The notes: generated from the sequence alone by a model not told the origin. A DNA stretch of 63,762 bases, filler included, from Intoshia linei (GCA_001642005.1; 8 parts of 8 records of this genome joined end to end with filler, not necessarily neighbours in it); one strand, 5' to 3'; positions 1 to 13,490 are shown, numbered from the whole stretch's first letter. Program-made: numbers and translations.

Positions 1-1
1 T

Positions 2-97
2 AAAGCCAAGCTAGTTCTCACAGACCGGAGACAAGGAATGACCCCTGAAACATTAGAGAATATTTTATATTTAAATTATAATTGTAAATTATGGTAA
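2..97 (+). mobile_element. hAT transposase C-terminal dimerization fragment (element cut by window start)
   Basis: Frame 2 reads KAKLVLTDRRQGMTPETLENILYLNYNCKLW*, the usual hAT dimerization tail. A possible right terminus (...ATATGGCTG) lies near 488. Confidence 0.7.
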
Positions 98-553
98 TTC
101 ATGCATGTAAATATATTTTTAATTTAATTAAATCATTTTTTATATCTTACATTATTTTTTTACTATTAATTATAATTTTCGTCATTTGCCTACTCTAAAT
201 CGAAGTAACGAATAACAATATAATAATAATTATAATAATTAATTATTATAAAATTAATATTTTATAACATAATAATGTATATAATTAATAATTATATAAC
301 TTAAATTATAAAAATTACACAAACATAGCAAATACCCAATAACGCATATTATTATTATTATATAATATCTTATTTTATGTTTAAGATAAAAATTATTGAA
401 TATTGGATTATTGGAAAAATGATTGCAATAATTTATTTTTCCAAAATTTTTTTTGCAATATTATTGCAATAAAATAATGATATGGCTGCTTATAAGTGAT
501 CTGCAAATTATGTTATTATTAGTGCATTACAGTAGAAATCTCATGTTATAAGG

Positions 554-700
554 CAGGGGTTCCCACACTTTTTCATGTCGAACCTGTAATAAATTATAAA
601 ATTTATTGCGACCATTAAAGTGAAATTACTAGGCAATATTACTAAAAATTTAATAAAAATTGTAATAATTTGATTTTTAATTATTAAAAATTATTTAGCG
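554..700 (+). mobile_element. hAT/Charlie-type MITE (partial)
   Basis: Starts CAGGGGTTCCCACACTTTTT and is homologous along its length to the reverse complement of 4020-4186. Confidence 0.65.
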
Positions 701-1566
701 TAAAATTTAATAAAAAATATCATTTCAAACCCTCAGGGTAAAATCTATTTTTACTATATTTTTTTAAAACATCCACAACTCCAATCTAAAAATAAAAATC
801 CCTTTTTTGGAAATATCTCGTTTTCCAACATTTTTTGAAAACAAGATTTTACCAAATCTTACGTCTAAAAACCTTCAATTTTTTTATAATGGTTCCAGAC
901 CACTGATGGAGCCTGATAAATTTAACGAATTTATTGGAATTATTGAAACTTTAGATTAATGTAATGTTAATTTTGTACAATACTATATTTACTGTTATAT
1001 ACGTATTTTGTTTTTCATTTTCGCGTGGCCTCGACTCGACAAGACCTCGATAAGGATAGGTTCGGCTCTGATCTAAGGCACCCAGAAAAATGTTATGACA
1101 TCAGTGGTAGATTATTTTCTTTTCGACTGGCTGAACTGACAATTCTTAAAATTCAATCAAATTATAAGCAAAATCTAGCAATTAATATTTTACTTAATGG
1201 ACCGATAGACTAATTAAAATTAAAATCAATGCGACATTGTCAAATGGTAAATACATAATACTCGAGTAAACAGACTAGCAAGTCAGTAGCTATTTGTGCT
1301 ATAATTTGTTACTAAAGTTGAATGTATTATTTGACACATACACAGCATTTATTGAGCTGAAACTATTGGTTCATTTATATTTGCATACATATGGTTTTTT
1401 CTGAGCGAATAGAATTGCGTTGTCAATAGATTGTAAACATGACAATTTATCAAATACAATCTGTGCTACATTACCAAACAAGTATTTTACTGAAATAATA
1501 TAGTTCTACTCTTTTGAGTGTCTAAATTTATATCAAAATTAATTGAAACTACAGTAGACTGTAAAA

Positions 1567-4463
1567 ATGGTAATTTTAATTGAAATATCTGGAAATGAAT
1601 TATATCGAGTTATTTTTTATATTCTATAGTTAATTTTAGGAGTTTGTAAAAATTGATCCAAAAAATGATGACGGTATGTATTTTTCTATTTTGCTGATAT
1701 TTTTTAGATGAAAAGATGAAATTGTCTACAGAAAATGAATCACAAGAAAATATAGTCAAATTTGACGTAACCTTACCGAAAGATGATTTAGATCCATTAC
1801 ACGGTACTGCAAGTACTGTATCGCAATTGTCAACTATAAATAAGGTTTTCGGTGTTGGTATAAACAAGATAAACAATAAGACTGAAAACGGAACTAAGAG
1901 TGACACTATAATAAACAATACTGTAAAAAACCTAGAATACGAGGTACCCAACAATGAAACAAGAGTTGAATTAAATGAGACGGAACCTGGAGTAATTGAT
2001 TGCCCTCGCAACAGAAAATTGATGGATTTGCTATTTTCTCAAATGGAAAAGCCTCCAATAAACGAGCCTAAAAATGTAGCAGAGACAAGTACCAGTGATC
2101 CTCCAGTGACGTCGTATTTTTCACACTTTTCCAACAAAATGACATCACATGCGGAAAATTTAGACCAAATTAGACCTGATACGGTAGATAAACCCAAAGT
2201 TAAACGTAGGAGGGGCCGCGTTACTAAACGAAACCATTTTGATAGTGGTGCATTCAGTAAAGGTCGAAAAGTTTACCGATCCATAATGCCCAAAACGTCT
2301 CTAAATGATTCGATTTCTGCAACAGACAACTCTAGCCCCATAACACCTATGGAATCTGTCGATAAAAATCAAGCTTCCATTCCCTTGATTAGCAATTTAA
2401 GTAATTATCAAAATCAATTGAATGCTGTCAATAATGTCATGTTTAACCAAGGCGTAAACGCCATGTATCAGGGAGTGAATCCTAATGTTGTTATGAACAA
2501 TCTAAGCTATCCATGTCTTCCAATTTTCCAACAATATAACCAACACCTCAATCAAAATCTAAATAATCTACCCTATACCTTTCTACCTCAAATGTACAAT
2601 CCCATGTGTTATAATGTTAATCAAGCTAGTTTAAACCAACCCAATTTCTTTTCTGGGGTTCCGATTCCAAATCTGCAATCAAATTTCAATTATATGAATC
2701 CTGCTTGTTCTTTTGATTCAAATACTCAAAATTTTAATAGTAATATATACCTAGCTGAGTCATTTAATTCAACCATTAATACTCCTATTGATAATGCCAG
2801 TTCAAAAGGTATTTCTAATGTAAATATGGCTGCAGTCAATGTTGTAAATTCTACTGCAGTTTCAGATGTTCCATTTTCGTTTGATGGTATTAATCAGAAT
2901 AACCCTTTACCTTCTCAATCTAATCAAAACTTTACTGCGATTCAACCTAACGTTCAGACTAATGATTTCAAGTTTGAACATATTTTACCTAAAAAAAATA
3001 TTTTGACTGTGTCTCCCAATAAGATTATTACCGATGAACAAAATATTAAAGAAAAAGACCATGAAATTAACATGTCTAAAAAATTCAAGTATAAAATGGT
3101 ATGAATTTTTTATATTTTGCATAATCATTTGATTCAAATGATTATTTTAGAATTTTTCCAATACTTCAGACAAGTTGAATAGTTTCACTGATGCAAACGA
3201 AACAAATGATTCAACTTTAAATAAATCAAGCGATAATGAATTTAAACGACAGGCTATTGTAAAGCCTAGAGTAATTCGTCACGTTATAGATGGATTTGTT
3301 ATTGAAGAATCATCTTTTCCGTTTTCCGTAAATACATACATTTATTTATTATATCGATATAATTAGATGGATGATACTACATTTGATGTCGATACAATTG
3401 GTAAATTTTCTGAATTGTTGAACATTAAATGTAAATCTATTGACAAGATATTACGTATGATTTTACAATACAACTCTTATATCTTTTAGCTATAAAAAAA
3501 TCACCAAAATTAAAAGATGTTAATATAAAGAAATTAAAAAAACCGGCTAAACCAAAAAAACCCCCTATTAATTGGACGGTAAAATTTAATTATATAAATT
3601 TTTCAGCAAAAAATTGAATTTATTTGAAAACTACTTTGTTGGTTGAAATTTACAATTTTGAACGAAAAATTTTAGGTGACTTGATTTTGACTGAAAATCT
3701 TTTCTTTGTCTGAGTTTAATTTAAAGCAGTGTAAGGACCCCATTTCAAAATATTCACTTTTTTTTGATTCCAAGAAAAAATTAAAGGTTATTTCAAAAGA
3801 TATAGTGAAATTGTGTTTTTCAAAAAATATAGTGAAAAAGGGGATTTTTCCTTTAGGGTTGATAAAATTTTATTTATAGCATTTTACAGTGCTTGTTTCT
3901 ATTCTTATTTTAATTCAATCATTTATAAAATATTGATTTTAATGGTAATATGCTTTTTTGACTGTTAAGACATAATATTATAAATGGTAGAGTTTTAGGT
4001 ATTCTAAAATTCTGTAACACAGCGTTTTCCTAATGCCGGTCCGCAAAATAAATTTTACTAATTAAAAGTCAATTTAATACGTTTTTTATCAAATTTTTTT
4101 AATGTTACCTAATTATTTCGCTTTAATGGGCCACAATAACTTTTATACTATTTTATACCACCGTGAAAAAAGTGTGGGAACCCCTGCTATAACTTAGTTT
4201 TTTTTAAATTGCTGATAACAGATAGACAATTGTTAATAATATTAATAAATTTAATTAGATATATTTAGATAAACAACGTTTGTGATTTTGTCAAAAATTT
4301 AAGCGGGTGTTCTCAGTATGTGGATAAATTTTTAGAGGAAGAAATTGACGGAAATTCACTGTTATTGTTAACCCAGGATCATTTAGTCAACGGAATGAAT
4401 ATAAAGTTAGGACCTGCACTTAAAATTATTAAATCGATTGGAATTCTTAAAAAATCAATTTAG
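1567..4463 (+). CDS. ph: Polyhomeotic-like protein (PRC1 subunit), multi-exon
   Basis: Exon 3151-3327 encodes HD1 (IVKPRVIRHVIDGFVIEESSFPF). The spliced SAM domain reads PINWT|INNVCDFVKNLSGCSQYVDKFLEEEIDGNSLLLLTQDHLVNGMNIKLGPALKII, last exon 4269-4463 with TAG stop. Large N/Q/S-rich exon 1708-3098. The start (ATG 1567, then exon from 1640) is tentative. Confidence 0.93.
4020..4186. mobile_element. hAT/Charlie-type MITE in the last ph intron
   Basis: Imperfect TIRs CAGCGTTTTCC...GGGAACCCCTG. Flanking 8-mers CTGTAACA and CTATAACT match 6/8 (degenerate TSD). Confidence 0.7.
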
Positions 4464-4603
4464 TTTAATTATTGAAATGTATATTTCATTTTCCAATTTT
4501 TACATAAATTTTGTCCATTTCTATTTTTTATTATGTGTTTATTTTTATTGGATCATGATAGGATCATGACGATGTCTTCTCAAATTAATAAACGTCATAT
4601 ACC

Positions 4604-5300
4604 CAGGGTTGTGGAGAGTCATCCCAGAATTTATGTTGTGTAAAATTCTGGGAAAAATTTTTACAAAGAAGGTTAATTTGGGGTATTGGCCGTGAAGATT
4701 TAAGTTTCTGAAATTGAAAATTATTTTAATATTGATGAATTTAAAACTTTTTATTAGAATTTAGTATTAGATTTATGGTACAATATTAAATATTTTTTAA
4801 CGTTATTAGATAAAAAATTCCTTTGTTTTGTGAGTAATGTCTTCAGCATGCTAAAACTTCTTTCTACACCGTTAGAAGTTGAAGGGCCATTTCTCAATTG
4901 GCTGTACAATGAAGGAGGTTTAAACTGATCCATAGCTAACATAATTTTTTCGATATTATTTTCTTTTAGTTTCTTTTCTATATATAGTTATATTTCACAT
5001 GGGCCAGGAATAAATTGTATTTTTTTATTGTATCATGCTTGATTAATAATAAACGACTCTTTTGTCATGTCAATAACACCTAATATAGATGTATACCCGT
5101 TTAATTCGATTAATTAATTAGATAATCCAATCATAGATACAATTTGATCATTCATGTTTGTATTAATCATTTTGCAATCAAACATTACATTTTAGGGGTT
5201 TTTCAAAGTATTGACAATTACACTGTCCAACATTGCAAAAAGAAACTTAATGTAATATATATTAAAATAATCAGCTGATTTTTGTTTGTTTGATTTTTGC
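4604..5300 (-). mobile_element. Degraded hAT-like transposase remnant
   Basis: ORF 4754-4942 contains PSTSNGVERSFSMLKTLLTKQRNF (dimerization-type ERSFS motif). CAGGGTTG terminus-like sequence at 4604. The upper boundary is approximate. Confidence 0.65.
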
Positions 5301-6325
5301 ATTACCTAGAATGTCATTTGGATTTCTTTGCGGTATATGGTCAGACGAAAAGGGTGAACAATTTCATCAAACTATGGTGTTATATGAAAGATGTTTTGGA
5401 AGATGTAGATCATTAAATATGATTTGTGATTTTGTTTGGTAGTGTTCTTTAAAAAATAAATTTTAAATTTATCTAATTACTTTTTTTATTAAATATTTTT
5501 AATTAATATTTTCTTATATCTTAATTTTTGAAATTTATGTCTATATCTTACATCCTTGATATTGAACAAGATTCGTCTATGGGTAACCCGAAAAAGTTGA
5601 TTTTACGTGTAATGTAAGTAGTGCATCCAAAAAATTTTTATTTCATACAGTTTGTCGATGTTGCCTTAAAATTAGAGTTAATTAATGACAATACAATTTT
5701 TTTTATACATATGACATGTATTTGATTGTGTATCGTATATGTCTATCTATCAATTTTACCATTTGTAATATAAAATATTAATTGTAAATAGACCTCACGG
5801 TGCAGTGTACCTCTTTAAAAAATAAACTTTGATCTTTAATTAAATCCAAAGTCGATATTGAAATTAATAAATTTTTTTAAAAATAGATGTATACTGGTTC
5901 ACTTACATATAACAAAAGTTTCGGTCAGTTTGTCGAAATTTTGTTGGACAGTGTTATATTTATATATTTAACATCGTTTAAATCGGTTTCATCCAACATC
6001 ATCAATATTAATTCATCTTTACAGCACGATTTTATTCTTTCAATTTCCTTCAAATATACCTGGCCGATTTTACCACGACAATTGTTTTCAGATCGTTACA
6101 ATTTGCCCATATTGGTAAAAAATTCCATTAAATTTTTGTTGTTAACTTGTATAAGGTATGTCTACCGAGGCAAAAAGTTCTACTGTGTCAATGGCAAAAT
6201 CACTTTTTAATTTGCAATATTTACGGATTGGAGTGGTATCATTTAAAGTTAATGATTTGTGTTTAACAGACGATCTAAATCTAACTTTATTAACTTTTAA
6301 AAAAATTTAAACTTTTCTAACCGTA

Positions 6326-7150
6326 TCCTAACTTATATAAAATGCGACGCGATTTTTGTTTGTGTGTGTGTGTTTAACTTTATTTAAATAATTACCCGTC
6401 TTAGAATTTTTTAAAGACAATATTTCAATTACAGTTTTTTTCGGGGCGTATATTAAGATATATTTCAACCTCCCAATTTCACATCTTAAGGGTCAAAAAC
6501 CCATGTTGTCCCTCTTTTTGAAAATCAAACGAGTTGGAGAATTTAAAACAATATATGCGCTGATGCGGATTTTAAAATCATAAACATCATCATAAATTTA
6601 AATTTAAAAAAATTATACCTTCATGGCTAAAACCACAAATTTTCTTCCTTTTTTTTTGAAAACAGCCCTAGAATTTCAAAAAATTTACAGGTGGTAGTTG
6701 TATATCCTGTACAAAAAATTTCAATCTGAATCAGTGACGCCTTCATGGTCAAAAAAGCATTTTAATATTCATATATTTTTTTCCGGCATATTTTATTAAA
6801 ACAAAAAATATAAAATAATTAACGGTCCGAAAATTTAAAAAAAAGATTATTCTGATAGAGCTTATTCCAGTTGATATAAATACAAAATTTCAACCCCAAA
6901 AATCTATGCATTCCCGGTGAAAAATAATTTTTAATATATTATCAACCAATATTTTTCAAATATTTCGATTTAAATCAAAAATTGAAAATGTAAATACTGA
7001 TCCTACAATTTCAAAAAAAATGTGTATTATACGTCTACACATTTTTAATGAAGACATATGAATGAAAATCTATATAATTCATTCCTTCGGATTTTTTTTT
7101 ATTGCTACGCAATTTTTAAATTTCAAATTTTCAAAAAATGTTTTATAACA
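6326..7150 (+). mobile_element. Non-autonomous Helitron-like repeat (5' part)
   Basis: A|TCCTAACTTATATAAAA start followed by a (TG)n tract. Homologous to copies at about 25.5-26.5, 35.6-36.8, 51.4-52.0 and 58.9-59.8 kb. Confidence 0.7.
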
Positions 7151-7539
7151 TCAAATTTTAACACTACAGCAACGAATTTATAAAATTAAATTTATATTAA
7201 CTGAAACGTTATTTTTTTTATTGATAATTTTTACAAATTTAACTTAAAATGGTAAAAAGAAAAGTAACATTCACAAAAAAATAGGCCAAAAATATAGACA
7301 ATATTGACGATATTGATGCCATCATGCTGGAAATGTGAAACTATTTAACATCAAATTTTAACTTTTATGACTTGTTTGCCCTAATTATATATCTAATCTT
7401 TTTGTTGATAAAAAAATTATCAATTATGTAATTTCACTGATTTAGAAAAAAAATTAATTATTTAATTTATTTAATAAATAAATAATTATAATTTATTAAT
7501 TCATTTTTTGCTAATTATTTTATTAATGTAATTAAAAAT

Positions 7540-7990
7540 AACTGAAAATTTTTCTGTGCACCCAAAAATTGATTATCCACCCCAGGGGTGCATGAAACCC
7601 GGTTAATAAATACTGCTCTAGACAATGGATGTCGAACTATTTTTCATATCGTTCATTTTGGTTTTAAAATTTAAAATTAGAATCACAATAATTATGTAAT
7701 TTAATTGTATAAACATAAAAACTACATATATTGTATGTCATACATATTATATATACTGTAGTTCAGCGATGTCAAACTCAAATAAGTGGCGGGCCTCATG
7801 ATAAAATTTGTTTTAAAAATTTTGTATAGTTCATTATCTTTAAATATCTAATTCAGAAATTTCAATTGTTCATTAAAACGTAATATAAATTCACGTATAA
7901 GCTAAGAGGTTTTTTTGTGTTGAATAATTTAGCGGGCTTTAAAATCGAAATCGAATACGTTTTTAGTTCGAGCGGCCATAGTTTTTTCAA
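7540..7990. repeat. Cluster of hAT-type MITE fragments
   Basis: Terminus-like strings ...CCCGGTTAATAAATACTG, CAATGGATGTCGAACT and CAGCGATGTCAAACTCA. No coding capacity. Confidence 0.45.
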
Positions 7991-8981
7991 TTTTTGAAAA
8001 ATTTGTTGAATCAGCTGTGCTAAGATTAATTCTATCCTGAAAATTAAAGGTTAAATATTTTTTTGAATGGTTTTGTATTCATTGTGCAGTATTGATTTTA
8101 TAAAAAACCCCCTATAAAGAGTTCGAATAATAAAACTAGAATTTGAGTTTTTTATGGTTGCATACATTAATAAAAATTTAGAATTAATTGTTAACTTTCA
8201 TTAATTGAAACTTTTCGAATTAATCGTCTTATAAGAATTGTATAAAAAGTATTTATACTTTGAGGATATTAACCCATACAAGTTATAAGTTGCTAAATAT
8301 TTGAAATATATTAATACACAAAATTGTATGAAATTACAAATTTCAATGATTAATCTATATAAAATGTGAAAATTAATAAATTAATAAAATTAGAATATAT
8401 CGTCAAATACTAATGTAGATAGAAACTGTAAAAAAGATTGCAGACTAGAGATTACTGTAATATTAAAAATTTGTAAGAAAATAGAAAATGTTATTTACAA
8501 ATGTAATTAATTCAAACTTGGTTCAGTTTACGTTGACAGATTATATTAAGCTAATTATTCCAGAGTAACAGTCGATTAATCGGATAAAACAAAGAATATT
8601 GTAAATGAATGTCAAAGTAATTGCGATAAATGCATATGTGAATCATTAATTTTGAAAATTTTCTCTCTATATCTATGCAAATATTAGAATCGATATTTAC
8701 ACAAGAAGTTAATTGTAGTTAAAAGTTATTGAAAACGAAAATGATAAAATAAAATTGGACCAATATTCCCGATAACTTGACAAAATATACGGTAAATTTG
8801 TTAACTTTTAATATTTTTATTATGTTACAATTGAATGTCTGCTAGTAATTTTACTGAAGCGAGGAACCTAATTACAAAAGATTAAAGTATACTTATATAT
8901 TTGGTTGATGACTAAATATTGTAGCTTGAAATACAATTATGGTATTTTTAATAACACCTATAAATAAATTTTGTTTTGAAT

Positions 8982-11900
8982 ATGGATGAATTGAGTAATT
9001 TTAAATCAACCTCTGAACAATCAAATTTATCAATTTTAATATTTTTAATTTTTAGATATGAGAACCAAAAAAAAAGCAACGAAATCAAATATTTTATTAC
9101 ACAAACTTTTGCACTTACCTGAAAACGATCATGTTTCTTTTACATTTGTCGTTTCTGATTTGAATTTATTGTGTTTCAATTCGGAGTATGTTGGAAATAC
9201 ATTTGAACATGGAGGTCATTATTGGACTTTAATTGTCAAACGAACTACAGCTGATCATGTTGGATTCTATCTTAAATGGGTCTATAATGTAATTTTTTAT
9301 GTACCTAATTTTAATCATCATTTTACGGTATAGAGAATATCTATTAGAGATACAGTACAATTCAATTGTAAATTTTATACACTGAACAGGATTGAGATGT
9401 TGAAGATTATATTATAGTTTTTTAGGCTAAAAAATGATCAGGTGACATTCCTAGAAATTTTTTGTATATTGTATGGAATATGGACTTGAAAATAATTGTA
9501 TTTCCAATTATTACGTGTTTTTTTAAAATTCTAGAAATCTTTTCATTTTTTTAAAAAAAGGGTAATATGGGGATTTGATTGTGAAAATGCAGGTTTCTGA
9601 TTTTAAGATTTATGATAATGCTCAAGATTTTAGTAAATATCCACGAATTTATGTTTTGTAAAATTTGTCGACTTTTTTGATTTTATAAAAAAAAGTAATA
9701 TGGGTTTTGATCGTGAAAATGCAGGTTTTTGAGGTTGCTATTTATGATAATCCTCATTATTTTAAAAACTCCCAGAATTTGTTTTATAAAATTTGCCGAC
9801 TGTTTTATCTTTTTAAAAAAAAGGTAATTTATGGTTTTAATCCTGAAAAACTTAATTTTTCAAAACATAAATTATGGGACGTGTTTTCAAATCATTATCA
9901 TTTTCGCAAATCCAATCCCACAAACTTACACCTTCATGGTCCAAACTTTCAATTAATTTTTTTTTTTAAAATGAAAAAGGTAGTGGAGTTTTATAAAATA
10001 TGAATTCTGAGATAGTTTTAAATTTTGGATCGAATAGCACTAATATAAATTGTACACTGTACAGTCAGTTTCAAAATATCAAATTTGAGTCATTAAATTG
10101 AAATTTTTTTAATTTTTAAAAAGTCCCATACACATTCGTATGTGATTAAAAATTATTGTGTACGTCCCTACGGGCCTACAAAATTGATCAACATAAAAAA
10201 AATTAATCGTACCCGTTGGCGGATTTTAATGCATATATCATATTAACAATTATTTTAAGCGCACCATTAGCAGAGCCGAACCTACCTAATTTGATGAAAC
10301 CTGATAATGACAAATACGCATTTAAAAATTTTTTAACACATGATACGTAATGACATATAGCCCTAGTCACCTTTCTAAGGAACTTGATTTGATATTATCA
10401 AATTAACAAAAAATAGTGATGATATTCAAGAATATAATTTTTTAATGGCAACTTGAAAAACCGAGTCCTCCATTTTACAAAATTTCATCGAGACATGAAA
10501 AGGATCTCGGGTAGGTTCAGAAATGATAACTGGTAAGGATGCAGTTATTAGGTAAGTATTCTTCACCTTTAAGTTTGTACATTTGTTTGTACAAGAATTT
10601 ACCCATAAGTCATGATTTGAAAGTTGACTAACATATCTAATATACTTATTTATATTACATTTAAATTGCTATTTAGGATTTTTCTAGCAAAAACGATCTT
10701 CTAGTAGAGATAAAATTTCACATTATCCTGGAAAATCGATTAAGCGATGCGGACAGTTGTCATCTCATGTCAACACAAACATTTTCGACAGAAAAAACCA
10801 TTGTGGGTAGATCCCGTTTGGTTGAAAATGAAAAGTTATTCGATCCATCCAACGGTTATTTCGATTTAGAATATAGGCATTGCATAGTGACTATAAACAT
10901 GGGTAAAGTAAAGACTTATTTTCGAACAGACTTGGACACCCAGCAAGAATATTACACAAAAAAGAATGATTCGGGTTATTACTTTGAATCAAACGAATTC
11001 AGCCTATCTCAACACCGTTGGAAATTGCGATATTATCCACACCATAAACGTAGTAATTCACCATCAATATACTTATATAATGCCTCCTATAACCAATCTG
11101 ATTTTTTTGGTACAAGATTGATTTTTGACATTTTTATCAATGAGTGGAAATCTGGAGTGCTAAATTACACATTTCGAATAACTGGAGGAAGTAAAAAGTT
11201 ATGTTATGGAAAATCACTTGAAACTGAATCTCTCACAAATTTTACTAGAAAAATTCGAGTTGGCATTTCAATTTTATCAATTTCAATAATTTCATTTCCT
11301 AAATTTTCTATAATATCTAAATCTATAATTTTACCAAAAGACGATACTTTAAATTCTAGTACAGTGTCGAGTGCGAACAGGTCCACTTTTTCAATTAATT
11401 GCACTACTGAAGGGTATATTAGAAGTAGTTATAATCAGTCCAACAAGTCCATCAAGAAAAATTTAATTGGTGGTATTAATCACTTCAAGAGCAGTTATAC
11501 TGTAGACCCATTTGACAAAAAAAACGATAAACACAGTAATGCATTTATTCAAGATCCTAATGGCAATGCGTGGTCAATTTTTGTTTCTAAAAACGCTACA
11601 TTTTCCATCATTATGAAGCATGAATATATTCAGAAAAATTTGCCAACTTCTTCTTCTGTTCTCATTGCTTCTTTCGCCTTGTTGGCGAATGATGGTGATC
11701 ATGTCGATGTGTCCATGTCGGATGAACCCGTCGTCTTATATACTGATTCACAATATGAAAATAATTATCCTTTTCTCATTTCATTTCCTATCACGTTAGC
11801 TGAGGTTTTTTATTATTAAAAATAATTCATTATGTATTTTATTTATACACACGTAGATTTATAGAAAACATGACGAGTTGATACAATAAATATTATAAAA

Positions 11901-12937
11901 TTTTTATTTGGGTCGTTGGTCATTTCATCATAGTTCCAACCGGTTACGGTATCTTTAGATGGTTCTCCATTTAGAGATTCTATTATGAATAATTTTATCA
12001 ACTAATCATTAATTACTAAAATTAAGGTTGAAAAATCTGGATATATAGATAAAGAAAACAATATTAGCGTTTCTTTTGAAATAATAAGCCAACAGCGCAT
12101 GCAAATTCAAATATTTAAACAAAATGGAATTTTTGACTTTATGAATAAACAACTGTCTCGATTAAAGTAGCATTTCATGAAAAGTAATAATTTTCTATAT
12201 AGGGAAGAAGTATTAAACTCAAAAGACAGAATGAATACTATGAAAGATTTAAATTCTTCATATCTTTCAATATGTCCAGATCAATCCATAAACAGTGAAT
12301 TTTCTCCAGATCGCTCATTTATACATTCACCAACTCCAAACGATACTTCGGTTTATATAATTATTATCATTAAAACGAAATATTTTATATATTTATTTCA
12401 CGAAAATTTTAACTAAAAATTCGTAATAATAATAAAGTGTTAGTGAACCCTCTGGGTCAAACAAATTCAGAATTACATTTTTCTACTTTTTTATTTTCTT
12501 TTCATGATAATGTTTAGTTTATAAGTTTATCTTTCAATTCCCTCCAAGAAAAAAACCGAGAAACGATGCCTACTCAATTCAAATTATCACCTGTAATATT
12601 CCTTGCAACATTTTTGGATTCACTTGAAACTGCATTCAATTCTAAAGCATTAAAAAAACAAAAGTGTACTCAACCTGTAATATCCAGAAATTTGATTATA
12701 CAAAAATCTGATGTGGCAGAAAGCCCATTATTAAATTCAACTGACAGTGCTCTTGCATGTGAGAGCGATTGCAGTAAAATTAATGAAAGTGATATCAGTA
12801 TTTATTCCAATCCACATTCTTTAGAAAATCTTTCAAATTATAAGTTTGATTTTGAATATAGTTTGAATATAGTCAACATTATAAAGGATATACTAATAGT
12901 AATTTTTAATATGAATATATTTATACAATATCTTTAG
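8982..12937 (+). CDS. Tandem MATH/TRAF-like domain protein, multi-exon
   Basis: Spliced exons 9056-9288, 10677-11805, ~12027-12167, ~12202-12350 and ~12517-12870 or later. MATH-like motifs: FTFVV...GNTFEHGGHYWTLIV...VGFYLKW...GRSRLVENEKLFDPSNGY; FESNEFSLSQHRWKLRYYP...SIYL; DPNGNAWSIFV...GYIDKENNISVSFEI. Start and stop are tentative. Confidence 0.7.
9500..10030 (-). repeat. Internal tandem subunits (~125 bp) of the Helitron-like family, intronic
   Basis: About three diverged units of AAAAAAGGTAATATGGG(G/T)TTTTGATCGTGAAAATGCAGGTTT...TTTATGATAAT...AGAATTT. The same units occur at 16.3-16.7 kb. Confidence 0.65.
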
Positions 12938-13179
12938 TTTAAATTTTATTGGAAAATTTTAAAAATGCACTATTTTTTCATTAAAATTTAAAGTTAGTTT
13001 ATCGTCTTTTTTCAAAGGAAATTTAAAAAATTTAAAAGAGGTTTTACCGTATTTTTTTCTAGGAAAATTTTAAAATATTTAATAAGTCATTTTTATTAGA
13101 CATTATTTTATATCAAAGGATTTATTTTAATTAGTCTATTTTAATGAATTAGATGCATAATTTTTTACTCACAATCTTA

Positions 13180-13490
13180 TTAGGTCATTCACAAAGTAAT
13201 GTCGTTTTTATAACTATAATTAAAACTTCTATAATAACAATTTTGATTAAACTCTATTCTACAAAATATTATCCATTGTATTTAACAATTTTTCTCCAAG
13301 GTTCCGGTAGCTTCTTAATTCCATTTTGAAAAAAACTCTGGCTTTTATTTGTCAAAAAGTTATCAATGTTAGATTTTAAATGCTCAATTGAATCGTATTT
13401 TTTTCCATGCTAATGGTTACTCATCGACCTAAAAAAGTGATAGTCAGAAGGAGCAATGTCTGGAGAATATGGTGGGTGATCTAATACCTC
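13180..13490 (-). mobile_element. Mariner transposon, 3' end with pseudogenized transposase
   Basis: Minus strand reads EVLDHPPYSPDIAPSDYHFFRSMSNH*HGKKY...FFQNGIKKLPEPWRKIVKYNG*YF. TA followed by TTAGGTCATTCACAAAGTAATGTCGTTTT at 13178-13209 is a mariner-type TIR. Cut by a spacer. Confidence 0.92.

Noticed and set aside
1610-2011. 133-aa hydrophobic minus-strand ORF and similar shadow ORFs (11204, 14127, 21806, 27470, 28143, 55425)
   Set aside because: They are antisense to well-supported exons or TE ORFs and show no independent motif.
9707-10003. 98-aa ORF and other F/K/I/N-rich short ORFs (5887, 35164, 37394, 38674, 39642, 49708)
   Set aside because: They lie in repeats or AT-rich spacer DNA, with the composition expected by chance.
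13254-13490. Possible TAA/TAG-to-Gln genetic code, suggested by in-frame stops in transposases
   Set aside because: Host genes end in TAG/TAA and their long exons have no such internal codons. The TEs also carry frameshifts, so this is ordinary decay.
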